DNA of 64,000 bases from the human T2T-CHM13v2.0 reference genome, Homo sapiens: NCBI RefSeq assembly GCF_009914755.1, contig NC_060932.1; one strand, 5' to 3'. The position numbers and the translations under genes were made by a program. Below are positions 25,076-40,200 of this stretch, in pieces; the first letter of the stretch is position 1, and every line of letters starts with the position of its first letter. Under the pieces are notes generated by a model, which saw only the letters and a program-made list of their open reading frames with translations, had not been told where the DNA came from and ran no database searches.

Positions 25076-27315
25076 AAGCACTTACCTGGTTCAAAGAAAG
25101 ATGAAATACAGGGGGCACAAAAGTTAATGTCTGATCTCTCCTGGCGAGTAGTTCAACCTTCTATGTCATATCAGTTGTCTTTCACAGAGTACTATTTTAT
25201 AACTTTTTTGAGAGAATTTTCCCTCCTATAAACTTCACTTCCAAATGCTCTTCCTCCCTTATTATTCTTTTATTTTGATCACTCTGGTAAGTCTCCCACA
25301 AAATGTGTTCTTCCAAGTCTAATCACACATTCCATTCCTCTTAAAAACATAAACTATGGGGAAGAGAATCAGGATCTGTAAATCAATATTTGTATGGCCA
25401 GTTTATCTAATGTCTTTTATTTTCAGAGTCAGTACCTTCACAGTTGAAAAACTGAATTTACGTGTTTAATCTCAAAACTTGCAGTTCCCTAACATCTGGA
25501 GACTTTTGGCTTCCTGACAGTATGCATTTCCTCTAAAGGCAGCATTTCATTTTATCTGAAATGGTTAGTCTTTGATAAATTTAATGAATCCTGGAAAACT
25601 CTCTATTATCTCTCTCCAAGATGCTGCCCTTAAAACCAAAAAGCATCTCTCTTTGACCATGTCAAGTCCATACAGGGCAGTTGTTGAACATCTCAATAAA
25701 ATGATCAGGATATGTGGTGGGTGGATAGAATTTTCTAGCTAGCACCTTTCCTCTTTGATACACTATTGAGTATAGGTAACTATAGCCTTTTTCTCTGAAT
25801 GTTCCAGAATCAATCACTCCTCATTGGCTAAGTTGCATCTGTTATAAAACTTTTTTCTTATGAACTGTGCACTTCTTGTCTGAAATTAACTGGATTCAAT
25901 TTATGTCAGTGTTACTTCAACCACTGATAGAATTTTAAGTTGCAGAATATAAGTTTTTGCACTGGATGAACTCTTTGTCAACTAGATAGTGGAAGGTCAG
26001 GTTAAAAGGGATGATATTTAGCAATTATTATTTATTTTTTATATGAAAATGGCATGGTGGTTTTGTTTTTAAAGAATGGCCTTATGCTTAAAAGATACAT
26101 ACTAACATAGTTACAGGTAAAATGGTACATTATCTGGGATTTACTTCAAAATAATCCCCAAGAAGTAGAAAAAGGAGTGGATGTAGTTCAAAACAAGATT
26201 GGCTGTGGGTTGATAGTTGTTGAACTTGGGTGATACATATATGGAGGGTCATTTTAATCCTCTTTCTACCTTTGTATATATCTCTCTTTACCTTTGTATT
26301 TCCATAAAAAAAGGATTTAGAAAAGTAAGATAATTAGATGGAGATATGAATACTAATTTTAATAATTTAATAATGGGAATCTTCAATAAGCAGATTTCTA
26401 ATGATTCATAGAATATTTTCAATCCGCATTTGGAGTTTATCAGTGCATATTTATATGCAACCATCCAGTTCTATGAGTTATTCATCTGATATATTCACCA
26501 ACAATGTATCAATAGGAATACGATTTCTCATTCATACAACCAGCTATTAGCACACATGAGTGAGTTTATCCACTAACTCACTAGGGGAAGACAAATCGGG
26601 GTGAAATCTAATTGCTTTTCTAAGCAATGCATCGGTTATTTTCTATGGTCATCTATATTTTATATTGCTTTCCTAGTGCCATAATTCATTTCTTTAGCAT
26701 AGTGAGGCCATGAGTGTCAGTGGAAAAAGTGGGTCATGATATCTGTTATGGCTCTAAAGATTCAATGTCAGTCTTCATCTATTCATCCTGAGGTGAACTC
26801 TGACACTCCCTATGCCTGTTTGGTAGCCATACCTCATTTATTCATTCATTCTACAGCATCTACTTAATAATTATAAAATGCACCTATCTTCAATATTTTA
26901 AAACCTTTCCCTTTGCTCCATATCCACTGCACCATTTATCAACTCCCCCTTACAGCAAAAGTTCTGAAAGAAATGTCCATGTTTTCCCTCTCTAATTCCT
27001 TCCCTTTCATAATCTATCTTTTTTATTACAGTACAAAACACATAGTATAAAGATCACCATTTTAACTGTTTTAAATTGTACAATTCAGGGGCGCTTAATA
27101 CATTTACAACTTTGTGTTACAGTCACCAGCATCTAGTTCCAGCACATGTTCATTACCCCAAAAGGGAACCCTCTACCCATTAAGCAGTCCCTTCCCATTT
27201 CCTCCTCCCTGTAGCCCCTGGTGACTACTTTTCTATGGATTGATCTATTGAGTATATTTCATATAAATCGAATCATACAGCATGTGGTTTTCTGTGTCTG
27301 AATTCTTTCACTTGG

Positions 27316-27721
27316 TGATATGGTTTGGATCAGTGTCCCTGCCCAAATCCCATGTCAAATTGTAATCCCCAGTGTTAGAGGAGGGGCCTGCTGGGGGGTG
27401 ATTGGATTGTGAGGGTGCATTTCCCCCTTGTTGTTCTCATGATAGTGAGTGAATTCTCATGATATCTGGTTGTTTAAAAATGTGTAGCACCTCACCCTTT
27501 GCTCTCTTCCTCCTGCTCCAGCCACGTAAGATGTGCCTGCTTCCCCATCACCTTCCGCCATGACTGAAAGTTTCCCAAGGCCTCCCCAGAAGCCAAGTAG
27601 CCAAGTAGATGCTGCCATGCTTCCTGTACAGCCTGCAGAACCGTGAGCTAATCTTCTTTTCTTTATTAATTACCCAGTTTCAGGGTATTTCTTTATAGCA
27701 ATGCAAGAGTGGACTAATACA
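27316..27721 (+). mobile_element. MSTB-like solo LTR (MaLR)
   Basis: TGATATGGTTTGG...GACTAATACA; 5-bp TSD cttgg/cttag. Confidence 0.9.
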
Positions 27722-28180
27722 CTTAGTGTAATGTTTTTTAGATTCATCCACATTGCAGCATGTGCAGCATGCTGCTCTAAAATATGTAACATTTTAGTTT
27801 CATCCACACTGAAGCATTGTTTTTTCATGGCTGAATAATATTCCATTAAATGGATCTACCACATTTTGTTTATGCATTCATTAATTCATGGACATTTGCG
27901 TTGTTTCTACTTTTTATCTACTATGAATAGTGTTGCTAGGAACATTTGTGTACAAAAATTTTTGTTTGACTATCTGTTTTCAGTTCTTTTTGGTATATAT
28001 CTGGGAGTAAAATTGCTGTATCATATGCCAATTTTATGTTTAACTTATTGCAGAACAGCCAAACTCTTTTCTATAGCGCTGAACCATTTTACATTCCATT
28101 AATAATGTATCAGGGCTCCAGTTTTTCACATGCTCACCAACTTTTATTACTTTCTGTTCTTTAAAATTAAATCCATCTCA

Positions 28181-28502
<322 letters not shown>

Positions 28503-29274
28503 TCAGTGGATGTAAAATGGTATCTCATTGTGGTTTTAGTGTGCATTTTCCAAATGACTGAATAATGTTGAGCATCTTTTCATGTGCTTATTGGCCGTTT
28601 GTATGTCTTCTATAGAAATATGTCTATGCAAGTCCTTTGCCCATTTTTAATTGGGTTGTTAGTCATTTTATTATTGAGATGTATGAGTTTTTAATATGTT
28701 TAAAATGTTAGACCCCTATCAGATTCCTTATCAAATATATTATTTGCAAATATTTTCTCCACTATTAGTCATTCTTGAGAAAGAATAGCACAAACTTAAA
28801 AAATTTAAATATTCTGAATTCAATTGTGTGGGTTGAAAGTATATAGGTTAAAAGAGTAGTTTGTCTATATGCTCACTGTTAGTAGAAGTAAAAAATATTT
28901 CAAACTCTTGATCTGTAAGCAACAGTGGAGTCTACTTCTGGTATCCAAACACTTCCCCAAACATTAAAGCATTTAGATGTACAATTTAATTCTCAGGCTG
29001 ATCTTCAAAATCATGTCTTGGAGACACAATTAAAATACATGTTAATTGGTTTAAGGAAGTCTACCCTAATAGAAGTTCAATTTCTTTGAGACTTTTCTGA
29101 TTTTTGGATCTTTGCAAAATAATATATGATGATTAATTAATGTGCTAGATTATTTGGCCTTACATGCCTGACATTCCACCATATAAGTTAATTTAGTTTA
29201 GAATGCAGTAAGCTCCTGACATTTGTGACAAAAAAGAAACCCCATGCAGAATTCCTATGAACCTCCTAGAAATG

Positions 29275-29966
29275 TTGTGTCAGTCAGGGTACAGTCAGGA
29301 GATAGAAACTACTCAGTAACTTGAATGGAATATTTCAAATATAAAGAATTATTATAATGAACTAAGAATTAATTAATAATAGGATTAACTAAGAAGCAAT
29401 AAGGAGAATGCTACAGAATACAATAGTAGCAGATATTGGAAGTAACTATTACCTCTGTAGCTGAGGCCAAGTACCCATTGAGGGAAAGGACTTCCAAGGA
29501 GGCCAACATTGAGATCTAAACTCCTATATGGAGATGGTGTGGCCCAGTTCATGGCAGATAAATTTGCTGAGGTCCCAAAGGTCAGGGGTGGCTGGAAACT
29601 GCCTGTTGGGGTTACCAGTGAACTAACTGGGAATCAGGCCTCTGGAATGCTGGTGAAACTCACTGGAAAGCCACCCTCTAAGGAGCTAACAAGACTTTAC
29701 AGGGGTGCTGGCAAAACTTGCTGGAGCATGAATGCCACTGGGTGTTCCACACACTGCTAGCTGTCAAGTGCTATGGGAGCAAAAAGGCACACAAAAATCA
29801 GGAAAAGTCCCTTCCTCCTGCAATGTCCCTCTTCTGCCCTCTGTTGACAAAGCCTAACATTGCACCCTCTGACAAAAGAGAAACCTTTACGTAGTCCAGC
29901 TCCTGTATCACAAAGCAAGACAAAGGTTAATCTGGAACTGGGATGCTATAAATTGATAAGTGGCAC
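29275..29966. mobile_element. Old LTR-like element (ERVL/MaLR class, family uncertain)
   Basis: tgtgtcagtcagggtacagtcaggagatagaaac start and tggcaca end resemble old LTR termini. Confidence 0.5.
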
Positions 29967-30616
29967 AGATAGTGATTTGTGATTCTTTGAGGGAATAATC
30001 CAGCAAAAAGATGGTTTATGAGGAAAGTTTCAGAAGTGGTTATTTACACAACACAGGGTAGCAGTGTGATTACTTAGAAGACAAAAGCTTAATAATGGCT
30101 AAACCAGAAAACCTGGTTTAAATTAAACAATTAAAATTATTTTAATTTCAATGATCTAATTAAAATAAAAAACAGATAAACAGATATGTTGAGGATAATC
30201 TGAATCTATGAGCCAAAAAATCTCCAAAGCAGAGAATTCTCTTAAAGCAGATCCCAAAGACAAGGTCAAAGGTAGGTCCTATACTATCAAGTGAGAATTG
30301 ATACCACATGTCCTAGGTAAGTTGTTCTATGAAATGACGAATTGCAGATATAAGCAAGCAAGTGACTTTATTTGCTTGTTTTGTTTTGGGCTGCTGTGGT
30401 GAAGGAGCCATCAAATCAGAGTGGGTATATTTTTGAGGATCTTGAAAAAATAAAAATTCCTCCTTTTAGAAGTACATCAATAGAAGTACATAAGTTAGGT
30501 GCTGCATTCACTGCTATTACTAAAAAAAGAAAAGAAGAGAAAAAGAAATACATCTGTTAGGAATGCTTTTTGCTGTGTGTAATAAATGACCTGAATAACA
30601 GAGATTTCAGAAATAA

Positions 30617-30921
<305 letters not shown>

Positions 30922-31822
30922 TAAAAACAGTTAATAATCTCATATAACAAATGATCCAGAGGAAGCAGTTCCTTGATTTCTTCAAAGACCCACCTCTTTT
31001 GCATCTTTCTGCTCCAGTATCCTTAGACTACTGTCTTGTTGCTTCATGGACAGAACTTGGTGTTTCTCGTTCTTTCACCATTTAGACAAGAAGAAGGAAG
31101 AAAGGAGTTAATATGTGCATCTGCATTTATGAGTATCAAGCTGTTTGACAGATATTAATTGAACAATCATGTGTGTGTGTGTGGGGGGGGGGCAGTGTGT
31201 CTGGCTGTGGAATTTAATAATTAGTCAAAGCATGTACAATTTTGGCCCTTTAGCAAATCTTACAGATCCAAACATGAGACTTCGTCCTAGAAATTTCTTT
31301 TTCACCTTATACATGCCTGATTACACAGAGGGTCATTCCCCAACCCCTGCACACTCATAGCAATTCTTCTGCTCTGAATCTTCCTGGTGCATTCTGGGAG
31401 TTATCCTACTTATTTATACTTACTACATAATATATTGAGGATGACATTTTATGTAACAGATTTTTTTCTGGTGCCATAATTCTCTAATATAAAATCCTTA
31501 AAAACATAATATATATTGGTAACAAAGATTTTATTCTCTTTCTCTAGTCTCCCTCTCTGCTAAATCTAATAAATGATTAAATAATAGGAAACTGCAGTTC
31601 TTAAAGGGCAGTCTCTTTGTTGTTAGGATCTGATTTCCATTTGAGCAGTGGAAGATTTAATGTTGCAATTGCAAAGAGAGAATCTCTCTTTTATTAACTT
31701 TTATACAATTTCTCATTATCTAATTTATAACTTTGAAGGGACTATTCATTCCTTCTGTACTTTTTTGGACCACTTTTTAAAAACTTATGAAATAACTCTT
31801 TAAATAAATAGAAAAAACACAG

Positions 31823-32074
<252 letters not shown>

Positions 32075-32899
32075 CACAATGAAACAGTGTGATAAAAGTA
32101 CAAAAAATTAACCCATGTATTGTTTAATAACTTTGCATTGCTAACTTTCAAATATTTCTGAAAGAAAACATATCGGGCCTATTCATCCTCTGCTCTCTCC
32201 AACTTCATTTGCTTTCTACATTGTGAAATCTCCTGTTTCCAGATTTAGTTCTTCAGAGAAGCAGCCTGTCCTTGGCTTGTCTGTTTGATGTTATGTAAAT
32301 AATGGATAGAATTTTCCCTGTCCATGTTTTTTCTGAGATGGTTTTCTCAAAAAAATTTCCATTTCAAAAGCAAACTCCACAAATACACAAAAAATAACTA
32401 AACATGGAAAGAGGTTTAGTTGCCTTAGATTGTGCAAAAGACTAGAAGTAACCGCCAGATTCTCAGCCCCTGATTGTCCCAAATCACACGTCATCAACTG
32501 ACTAACCAGAAAAGGAAAACAAGCCAGTTGCAGATGAAAGAAGATTTGATTCTAATACAGATTGTAAACCCACAATGACTGTTTTATAAGCAAAGAGTCA
32601 CTTTTGTGACTGAATTTGAGTTTTCCACTGCAATGTTTCTTGAAAATTCCTAAAATATCATACATTATACATTATGCCAAACACTCAACTATTGAGCGGC
32701 AAGATTTTATTGTTTTTGGGAACACTCTTAACAGGCATTGGTAGGAAATGCAAAGAATTCCAGAAACAGAGCTGGACTGGAAAGAACACATTTATCATTA
32801 GTTCCATAAATCTATGTTTCTTAGGATTAGAAGAGGAATTTCTTGGACTGAGTAGGTTTTAAATATTCTGAGCCATTGGCAGAGGGAGCTAGGATTGTT

Positions 32900-33385
32900 C
32901 TGTGATGTTGTGAAATACATATTTGATCTTCATTCCATTTCCTGGAGTACAGCTCCTAAAATCCTTGGAATCTCCTGAGTGATAAGAGTTTTTTTTCTTT
33001 GTATGTTACTGAGATAACAGTGGCTAAGAGCACCTAGGTAGTTTCAGGATGGGGGTCACTGGAAAGACCAAGGCATGATTAGAGAGTTGGGAGTTTCAGC
33101 CTCCCCAACCCTACTCCCCAATCCCTGCAAGCAGCAGAGAAAGGCTGAAGGTTAAGTTGATCACCAATGGCTAATAATGTAATCAATCATGCCTATGTAA
33201 TGAAGCCTCCATAAAAACCCAAAAGAATAGTGTTCAGAAAGGCTTCTGGATTGCTGAACATGTGGAGGTGTCTGGAGGGTGATATGCCCACAGAGGGCAT
33301 GGAAATTTCACTTTCCTTTCCACATACATTGCCCTATGAATGTACTCTGTCTGGCTATTCATCCATATCTTTTGTAATATCTTAC
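32900..33385 (+). mobile_element. MER21-like LTR
   Basis: gctcctaaaatccttggaatctcctgagtgataagag ... ggaaagaccaaggcatgattagag. Confidence 0.75.
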
Positions 33386-33989
33386 AGTTCATTTTGTTTG
33401 TGGGATCATATAAACTTGGGCTTGACTTATTGTTGTCATTTTATTTTCCTGATACTTTGTTTTCTTGTTGTGAAATGGGGATACAATACTTTATTAGTTG
33501 GGGCTCAGTTGTAGGTGACAGGAAACATTAGGATAATCAGAAAAGAAAGAGGTTAATCATGGGGAAGAGCTGGTTTTAGGCTATGTCTCTGGGATTGACT
33601 TCCAGAATGTCAACCAAGAACCAGCTCACCAAAGAAAGGGCTACCTCTGCAACCTTCAGAAAGCTGGGGAGTCAGGAAGACACTATCCCAAACTCTTGAT
33701 TCCAGCGTCAGACCACCTTAGCTATGAACTGGAGTAAGAAGCTGCCACCAGCATTATAGACTCAGAGTCACATGGTGCATACAAATCCATTCAAGCAAAA
33801 TGTATGTCACTGGCATCCCTACTTTCCTTCCTTTTATTTACTGATTAATGCAATACATATTTACTGAATTGTAGTAAAGAAGTAAAATATGTAATACATT
33901 AGAAAGAGATAAACGTAATACATTAGAAAGGGATAAATGCAATGACGAAAAGTAGTGTAGGAAATGGGATTACAGAAAATTGACGGCAT

Positions 33990-34438
33990 CGGCCTTAGTC
34001 TGTTCGTGTTGCTATAAAGGAATACCCGAGGCTTGATAATTTATATATTTAAAAAAGAGGTTTATTTGGCTCATGGTTCTGCAGGTTGTACAAGAAGCAT
34101 GATGTCAGCATTTACTTTTGGTGAGAGTTTCAGACTACTTCCACTTGTGGCAGAAGGAGAAGTGGAGCTGGCATGTACAGAGATCACATGGTGAGAAAAA
34201 AAGTGAGAGAGAAAGAAGGAGGTGTCAGGCTCTTTTTAACAACCAGCTGTTGTAGGAACTAATAGAGCGAGAACTCACTCATTACCTAGAACTCACTCAT
34301 TACCTCAAGGATGGCACCAAGCCATTCATGATGGATCCACCTCCATGACTCAAACCCCTCCCACTAGGCCCCACCCTGAACATTGGGGATTATATTTCAA
34401 CATGAGGTTTAGAGAGGTCAAGTATCCAAACCATAGCA
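33990..34438 (-). mobile_element. MSTB-like solo LTR
   Basis: ttagtctgttcgtgttgctataaaggaatacc ... ccaaaccatagca. Confidence 0.85.
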
Positions 34439-34847
34439 GAGTCAAAGAAGACCTCCTTCAGAAGGTGATATTTATGTGAATATCTGAAGAAGGTGAGAGG
34501 ACGAACCATGTGAGTCTTTAGGGGAGAAGTGTCCAGGAGAGGGAGGAGAAAATGCAAAGGCTCTGAGACAGGAGATTCCCTGGAAGGCAAGCAAAAGCAA
34601 AGAGGCCAGCATGGAAGGAGTGGAGTGAGTGAGGGAATGAGCCTGCTGTCAGAAATTCACATTGATTTCAAAGTAGAAATTTCCTAAGTAACTATTGCTT
34701 GGTTTTCTATATAGACAGTGTATAAGTATTTTAAACTAAAATATTCAAAGATTTTGATATAATTTAAATGAATATATGCTCCTTTAAATGAAAGGACAGA
34801 GCTACCAATATCACTATATTTGAAGCTACTGTTATTTTAAATAATAA

Positions 34848-35174
<327 letters not shown>

Positions 35175-38100
35175 TTTTTTCCTTTTTTTATAAGACTTTT
35201 TTTAATCATAAAAAAAAGTCTGTCTTTGATGTGACTTTTTCATGTAGAATTAATGAGTTACATGATTGACTTCTACCTTTTGAAAGATTCTTACAGGCTT
35301 CATTTTTATAATAGCACAGTTATAATAGCTGAAAAAAATCTGAGTATAGCTTGTCAGATTCATCACTGAAATATGTTTTAAGGGTGCGGAATAATAAGTA
35401 GGCTGGCTTTGACACACTGCTTTTTTTCAATGGAAGGCTAAAAGTGAGAAAATAAACTCATTTCTGTAGGAGATAGAGATTTACATTTGTTTTCCTTTGA
35501 CAAAATACTCCATTCTCACACATTATACACCATTTTAAGAAGATTAGTATTTGTCTGAGACAAAGTGATCTTAGACTTTCAGTTTAAATGGTGGCATAGA
35601 AGCAAGCTGGTCTTACTACCCCACCTCCTTGCCAGAAAACCAAAAACAAATATACAGCAACAACCCAGAATCAAATATGAGGATGAGACAGATCCTGGGG
35701 ACACAGAGAAATGAGAGTACTTTGAGCAGATGGTGGGAGAATCAGACTTTCACATCCATGACACCCCATCCCCCCATTCTGCCTGGCAACTAGCACCTGG
35801 AAAATCTTCTCCAACTCATGGTTTCTACAAGGGAAGGAGTGAGATTGAGATGGCCAACCAGCTTTTCTACCATCTTGGATATCTTGGGAGGAGACCTGTT
35901 ATTGTCTTAACCCAAGGGAAGCACTGTGGCTGCCTGAAGGGAGAAACTTCACAGAGGACAGGCGAAGACAAAGGAGGGAAGTGGAACTACCACCCCCAGC
36001 CCTGGAAACTCTGCTCTGCAACTTGGCAAAAGAAGACATCAAATCAGAATGGTTGTTCAGGAGCATCACACCATAGAAGGTACGTTTCATAGTTTCCTTG
36101 GGTGTAAACTCCTAGCTAGCCTTCTAACAGTGCCAGGTCCCTTTAGGACCTCACCCATTCAAAACGGACATCACTCTGATCATTTACCAAAGCCAAGGTG
36201 AACCTGGACTTAAGACACACCTAGGGCCAAAAAGAAGGCTGCAACATAGTGGTAAAGATTTTCTAGGCAAATATATCCACTAAAAAAACAAAACAAGCCT
36301 GTCAGAGGAAATTTGAAAAAATAATTAATCCTTCAATACAAAGGCATAGATGTATCCAGGAGGGAATGGAATGACATTTTCAAAGTGTTCAAAGAAAAGA
36401 AAATCTGCCATCCAAGAATATTGTGCCCAGCCAAATTATTCTTCAACTATGAAAGAGAGATAAAGTCTTTCCCAGACAAGCAAAAGTTGAGAGAATTCAC
36501 CACCAGCAGATCTGTCTTACAAGAAATGCTGAAGGGAGATCTTCAGTCTGAAATAGAAAAAAAAATAATGCACAAAAAGAAAACTTTTCAAGGTGTAAAA
36601 CCCACTGGTAGAATTAAGTACGTAGACAAACCAAGAATACTCTATTCCTATAATGGTGGTGTGCAATCTACTCACAACTCTGATAATAAAGCCCAAAAGA
36701 CAAATCTGTCAAAAACAATAATAGCTACAGCAACTTATTAAAAGATATGGAATGTAAAAAATGTAAATTGAGACAACTAAAACTCAAAATATGAGGGTGA
36801 TAGAGTTAAAGTGTAGATTTTTTCGTATGTGTGTTTTTTGCCTTTATTTCTGGTCTTTATTGTGTGATCTAAGGTAAATGTCATCTGTTTAAAATAACTT
36901 GTGATATCTATGGTTTTTTTTTGTAAGCCTCATGGTAACCATGCAAAAACCTATAATAGATTCACCAAAAATAAAAATGAAGAAATTAAAACATACTACC
37001 AGGGAAAATCACTTAAACATGGAAAAAAAAAAGACTGAGAAAGGAAGACAGTAGTCTCAAAACAACCAGAAAATAGGCAATAAAATGGCAGTAGTAAGTC
37101 CTTACTTATCAATAACACTGACTATAAATGGTCTCAATTCTCCAATTAAAAGTCATAAAGTGACTGAATTGATAAAGAAACAAGACCCAACTATATGCTG
37201 CCTTCAAGAAACTCACTTCACCTATAAAGGCACACATAAGCTGAAAGTGAAGGGGTGGAAAAAATATTCCATGCAACTGGAAACCAATAAAAAGCAAAAG
37301 TAGCTACACTTATAACAGATAAACTAGAGTAAAAAGCTAAGGTTATAAAAAATCACGAAGAAGTTCACTATATAATGATAAAGGAGTCAATTTGGCAAGA
37401 GGATATAAAAATTATAAATATCTATGCACCTAACATCAGAGCTTCCACGTATATAAAGCAGATATTAATAGATCTAAAGGAAGAGATACACTGCTGTATA
37501 ATAATAATAGGATATTTAACATCTCACTCTCAGTAATGGACAGATCATCCAGACAGAAAATCAACAAAGAAGCACCATGGTTAAACTATATACCAGATCA
37601 AATAGGCCTGACTGAAATTTATAGAACATTTCACCCAACTGCTACAGAATACACATTCTTCTCATCAGCACATGGCACATCCTCCAGGATAGACCATATG
37701 TTAGGACACAACGCAAGTCTGAACAAATTAAAAAATATATAAATTGTATCAAGTGTTTTTTTCTGACCATAATGAAATAAAACTAGAAATCAGTAGCAAG
37801 AGGGACCTCAGAAAATACAAAAACACATGAAAATTAAACAACATGCTCCTGAAAAACCAATGGGTCAATGAGGAAATTAAGAAGGAAATTTTTTAAATTT
37901 CTCAAAGCCAATAAAAATGGAAATACAACATATCAAAATCTGTGGGATACATCAAAAACAGTCCTAAGGGAGAAGTTTATGGCGATAAATACATTTATCA
38001 AAAAGTAGGAAGTCTTCAAATACACAACCTAACAGTGCACCTGAAGAAACTGGAAAAGCAAGAAGAAACCAAGCCCAAAATCAGTAGAAGGAAATAAATA

Positions 38101-40200
38101 ATGAAGATCAGAGCCAAAATAAATAAAATTGAGACAAAATTTACAGAAGATAGATGAAACAAGAAGTTAGTTTTTTGAAAAGAAAATTGACTAACCTTTA
38201 GCTAGACTGAGAAAAAAAGAAGACCTAAATAAATAAATTCAGTAATGAAAAAGGAGACATAATAAATGAGACTTCAGAAATACAAAGAATCTGTGGACAG
38301 TATTATGATCAACTATATACCAACAAATTGGAAAACCCAGAAGAAATGGACAAATATCTGGACATGTACAATTGATGAATATTGAACTACGAAGAAATAG
38401 AAAACCTCAACAAACCAGTATTGAGTAATGAGATCAAAGGCATAATAAAAAACCTCTCATCAATAAAAATTTCAAGACCTGATGGCTTCACTGCTGAATT
38501 TTGCCAAACATTTAAAGATAATAAACTAACACCAATTCTACTCAAACTCTTCAAAAAAACTGAAGAGGAAGGAACACTTCCAGACTCATTCTATGAGGCC
38601 AGCATTATGCTGAAACCAAAACCAGACAAGTACACAAGAAGAAAAAAATAAAATTACAGGCCAATATCACTGATGAACATAAATGCACAAAATCCTGAAC
38701 AAAATACTAGCAAAACAATTTCAACAACAATCAAAAAGATCATTCATCTTGATCAAGTGGGATTCATTCTAGGGATGCAAGGATGGCTCAACATATGCAA
38801 ACTAATAAGTGTGACACATCACATTCACAGAATCAAGAACAAAAACCGTATGGTTATTTCAATAGATGCCAAAAAAGCATGTGATAAAATTCAGCATTCT
38901 TTATGATGAAAATCCTCATCAGAATGGGTATAAAAGGAACACACCTTAAAATAATAAAGGCCATATATGACAAACCCATGGCTAACATTGTACTGAATGG
39001 AGAAACATTGAAGGCCTTTCCTCTAAGGAATGGAACAAACACAAGGATGCCCACTTTCACCACTTTTTTTCAACATAACACTGGAAGTCTTGACTGGAAT
39101 GACTAGGCAAAAAAAAAAAAAAAAAAAAAATCAGTAAATTTGCAGGATACAAAATTAACATATAAAAATCAGCAGCATTTATATATACAAATAGTAAACA
39201 ATCTGAAAAAGATATTAGGAAGGTAATTGCATTTACAATAGCTACAAAAATATCAAATACCTAGGAATCAATCTAACCAAAGAAGTGCAAGGTCAATACA
39301 AGGAAAACTATAAAATTCTGAAAAGAAATGAAATTAATATAATAATTAATATTGTTAAATTGACAATAATACCCAAAGCAATGCACAGATTCAATGCAAT
39401 CCATATCAAAATACCAATGACATTCTTCACAGAGACAGAAAAAAAAATTCTATAATGTATCTGGAACCACAAAAGACCCTCAATAGCCAAGGTAATACTG
39501 AGCAAAAAGAACAAAACTGAAGGTATCACACTACCTGATTTCAAAGCTTACTATAAATTTATAGTAACAAAAACATCATGGTACTCACATAAAAATAGAT
39601 ACATACAACAACGGAACAGAATAGAGAATCCAGATATAGATACACACATTTACAGCCAACTCATCTTTGATAAAGGCACCAAGAAATAAAATGGAGAAGG
39701 GACAGTCTTTTCAGTAAGTAGTGCTAGAAAACTGGATATCCATATGCAGAAGAATTAAACTAGACCTCTATCTCTCACTATATGCAAAAATTCAGTCAAT
39801 ATGGATTAAACACTTAAATCTAAGACCTAAAACCATGAAACTACTAGAAAGAAACATTGGGGGAAAATCTCCAGGACACTGGCCTGGGCAAAGGTTTACT
39901 CTGTAAGATCTCAAAAGCACAAGTAACCAAAGCAAAAATAGACAAATGGGATTACATCAAGCTACAAGGCTTCTGCACAGCAGAGGAAACAATCAACAAA
40001 GTGAAGAGACAACTTACAGAATGGGAGAAAATATTTGCACACTATCCATCTGAGAAGGTATTAATAACCAGAACATATAAGAAGCTCAAACTATTTAATA
40101 GCAAAAAAATTAATTAAAAATGGGCAAAAGATTGGTATTAACATTTCTCAAAAGAAGACATACAAATGGCCAACAGTTACATGAAAAAATATTCAGCATT

